Assembly: GCA_029856365.1 (NCBI GenBank)
Contig: JAHQWW010000078.1
Span: 1-17,280 of the forward strand
From: Candidatus Hodarchaeota archaeon
GTDB lineage: Archaea > Asgardarchaeota > Heimdallarchaeia > Hodarchaeales > Hodarchaeaceae
Direction: 5' to 3'
Length of the DNA: 17,280 bases
Numbering within the stretch: position 1 is the stretch's first letter; every line of letters starts with the position of its first letter. Made by a program: the position numbers and the translations under genes. The notes below the pieces were generated by a model. It had not been told where the DNA came from, ran no database searches, and worked only from the letters and a program-made list of their open reading frames with translations. This document shows, piece by piece, positions 16,474-17,280 of the stretch.

Positions 16474-17066
16474 GATCCTAGCAAGAAGGAGAAGTTAAGA
16501 ATAAGTACAATTGAGGGAAATTCCACCCGAAAATCAGTATTATCTGATCTTAGTTATCAAAAGGTGGGAGATAGAGAGTGTTATTTCCGAATACGTTCTA
16601 AAAATCTATCTATTCCAGATATTAAGTAACCTGAGGATTACGAAATTAGAAGTGTTGAGGAGAAATCTGATTATGACCAACTAGCTCCGTTAATCCAATT
16701 AATTTTTGGTCATGGTAACTAGTTTACCTCGGAAATCTTAGAGCGACTATTTCGATGTTCTTTCTATAAGCAAGACCTTGATCTGGTTGCTGTTGCTCCA
16801 GATGGGACGTTTGTTTCTTCCTGTACTTTTAGAATGGATCCTTTCAGTAAAATCACCCAACTCGAACCAATAGCAACTCATCCGAACTTTAGAAAATTAG
16901 GTTTGGCAAAATTACTAATTTATGAGGGCCTTAGACGTGCCATAAGTATGATCCTGCCTTTTTCTATATTGGTGGGGCTTCAAACACTCCAGCTGCTAAC
17001 AAGTTATACGATTCAGTTTGTTTTACTGAGAAATTGGCCAAAGAAACTTGGTCCAAAGAAATTTAA
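16474..17066 (+). pseudogene. 5'-truncated pseudogene copy of the GNAT gene (paralogous to 14660-15253)
   Basis: Colinear with 14660 onward at offset 1814; TAC>TAA at 16627-16629, TGG>TAG at 16720-16722, 1-bp deletion near 16942-16945; similarity continues about 50 nt past the stop. The 16834..17139 ORF is a frameshifted piece of it. Confidence 0.93.
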
Positions 17067-17280
17067 GGTTATTTTAAAGGTATCATCTTTCAGAATTTTA
17101 CAAATTGTAGCCGTAAAAGCTTCAGACATACCTTTGTAATAGTTTGACTATTATAAAGTATTTAATTCTCTTTCTCCAGTGTTTCACATTTAGAATTGTA
17201 AATATGGCACAAATTATGTTCTTAATGTGTAAAGAAGTTCAATAATCTAGTGGTGGTCCATCTCGTATTCCTTGTGGGGT

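Noticed and set aside
16834-17139. 101-aa ORF as an intact gene
   Set aside because: It is an internal, frameshifted piece of the GNAT pseudogene.

Overview
AT-rich archaeal window, most likely from an Asgard archaeon (Heimdallarchaeia/Hodarchaeales-like). This is inferred from a Rab-like small GTPase with no prenylation motif, a PAC2 proteasome-assembly chaperone, archaeal TATA/poly-T signals and C-terminally anchored surface proteins. It reads as a mosaic accessory region. In order: the 3' part of a membrane-anchored FG-GAP (integrin-alpha-type propeller) protein; an RHH-PIN toxin-antitoxin pair bracketed by imperfect direct repeats; an RG-rich/zinc-ribbon/2x[4Fe-4S] protein; a rhomboid protease; a small membrane protein; an AbrB-PIN TA pair; the Rab-like GTPase; an RHH + 7-TM gene pair divergent from a MacB/LolCDE-type ABC transporter; a secreted, tail-anchored IAG-type nucleoside hydrolase followed in frame by an orphan second anchor; PAC2; a GNAT acetyltransferase; an ArsR-GyrI regulator; and a decayed partial duplicate of the GNAT. 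The best candidate for an undescribed system is the RHH/7-TM pair with its divergent ABC exporter and neighbouring Rab-like GTPase. All calls come from reading motifs by eye; no searches were run.
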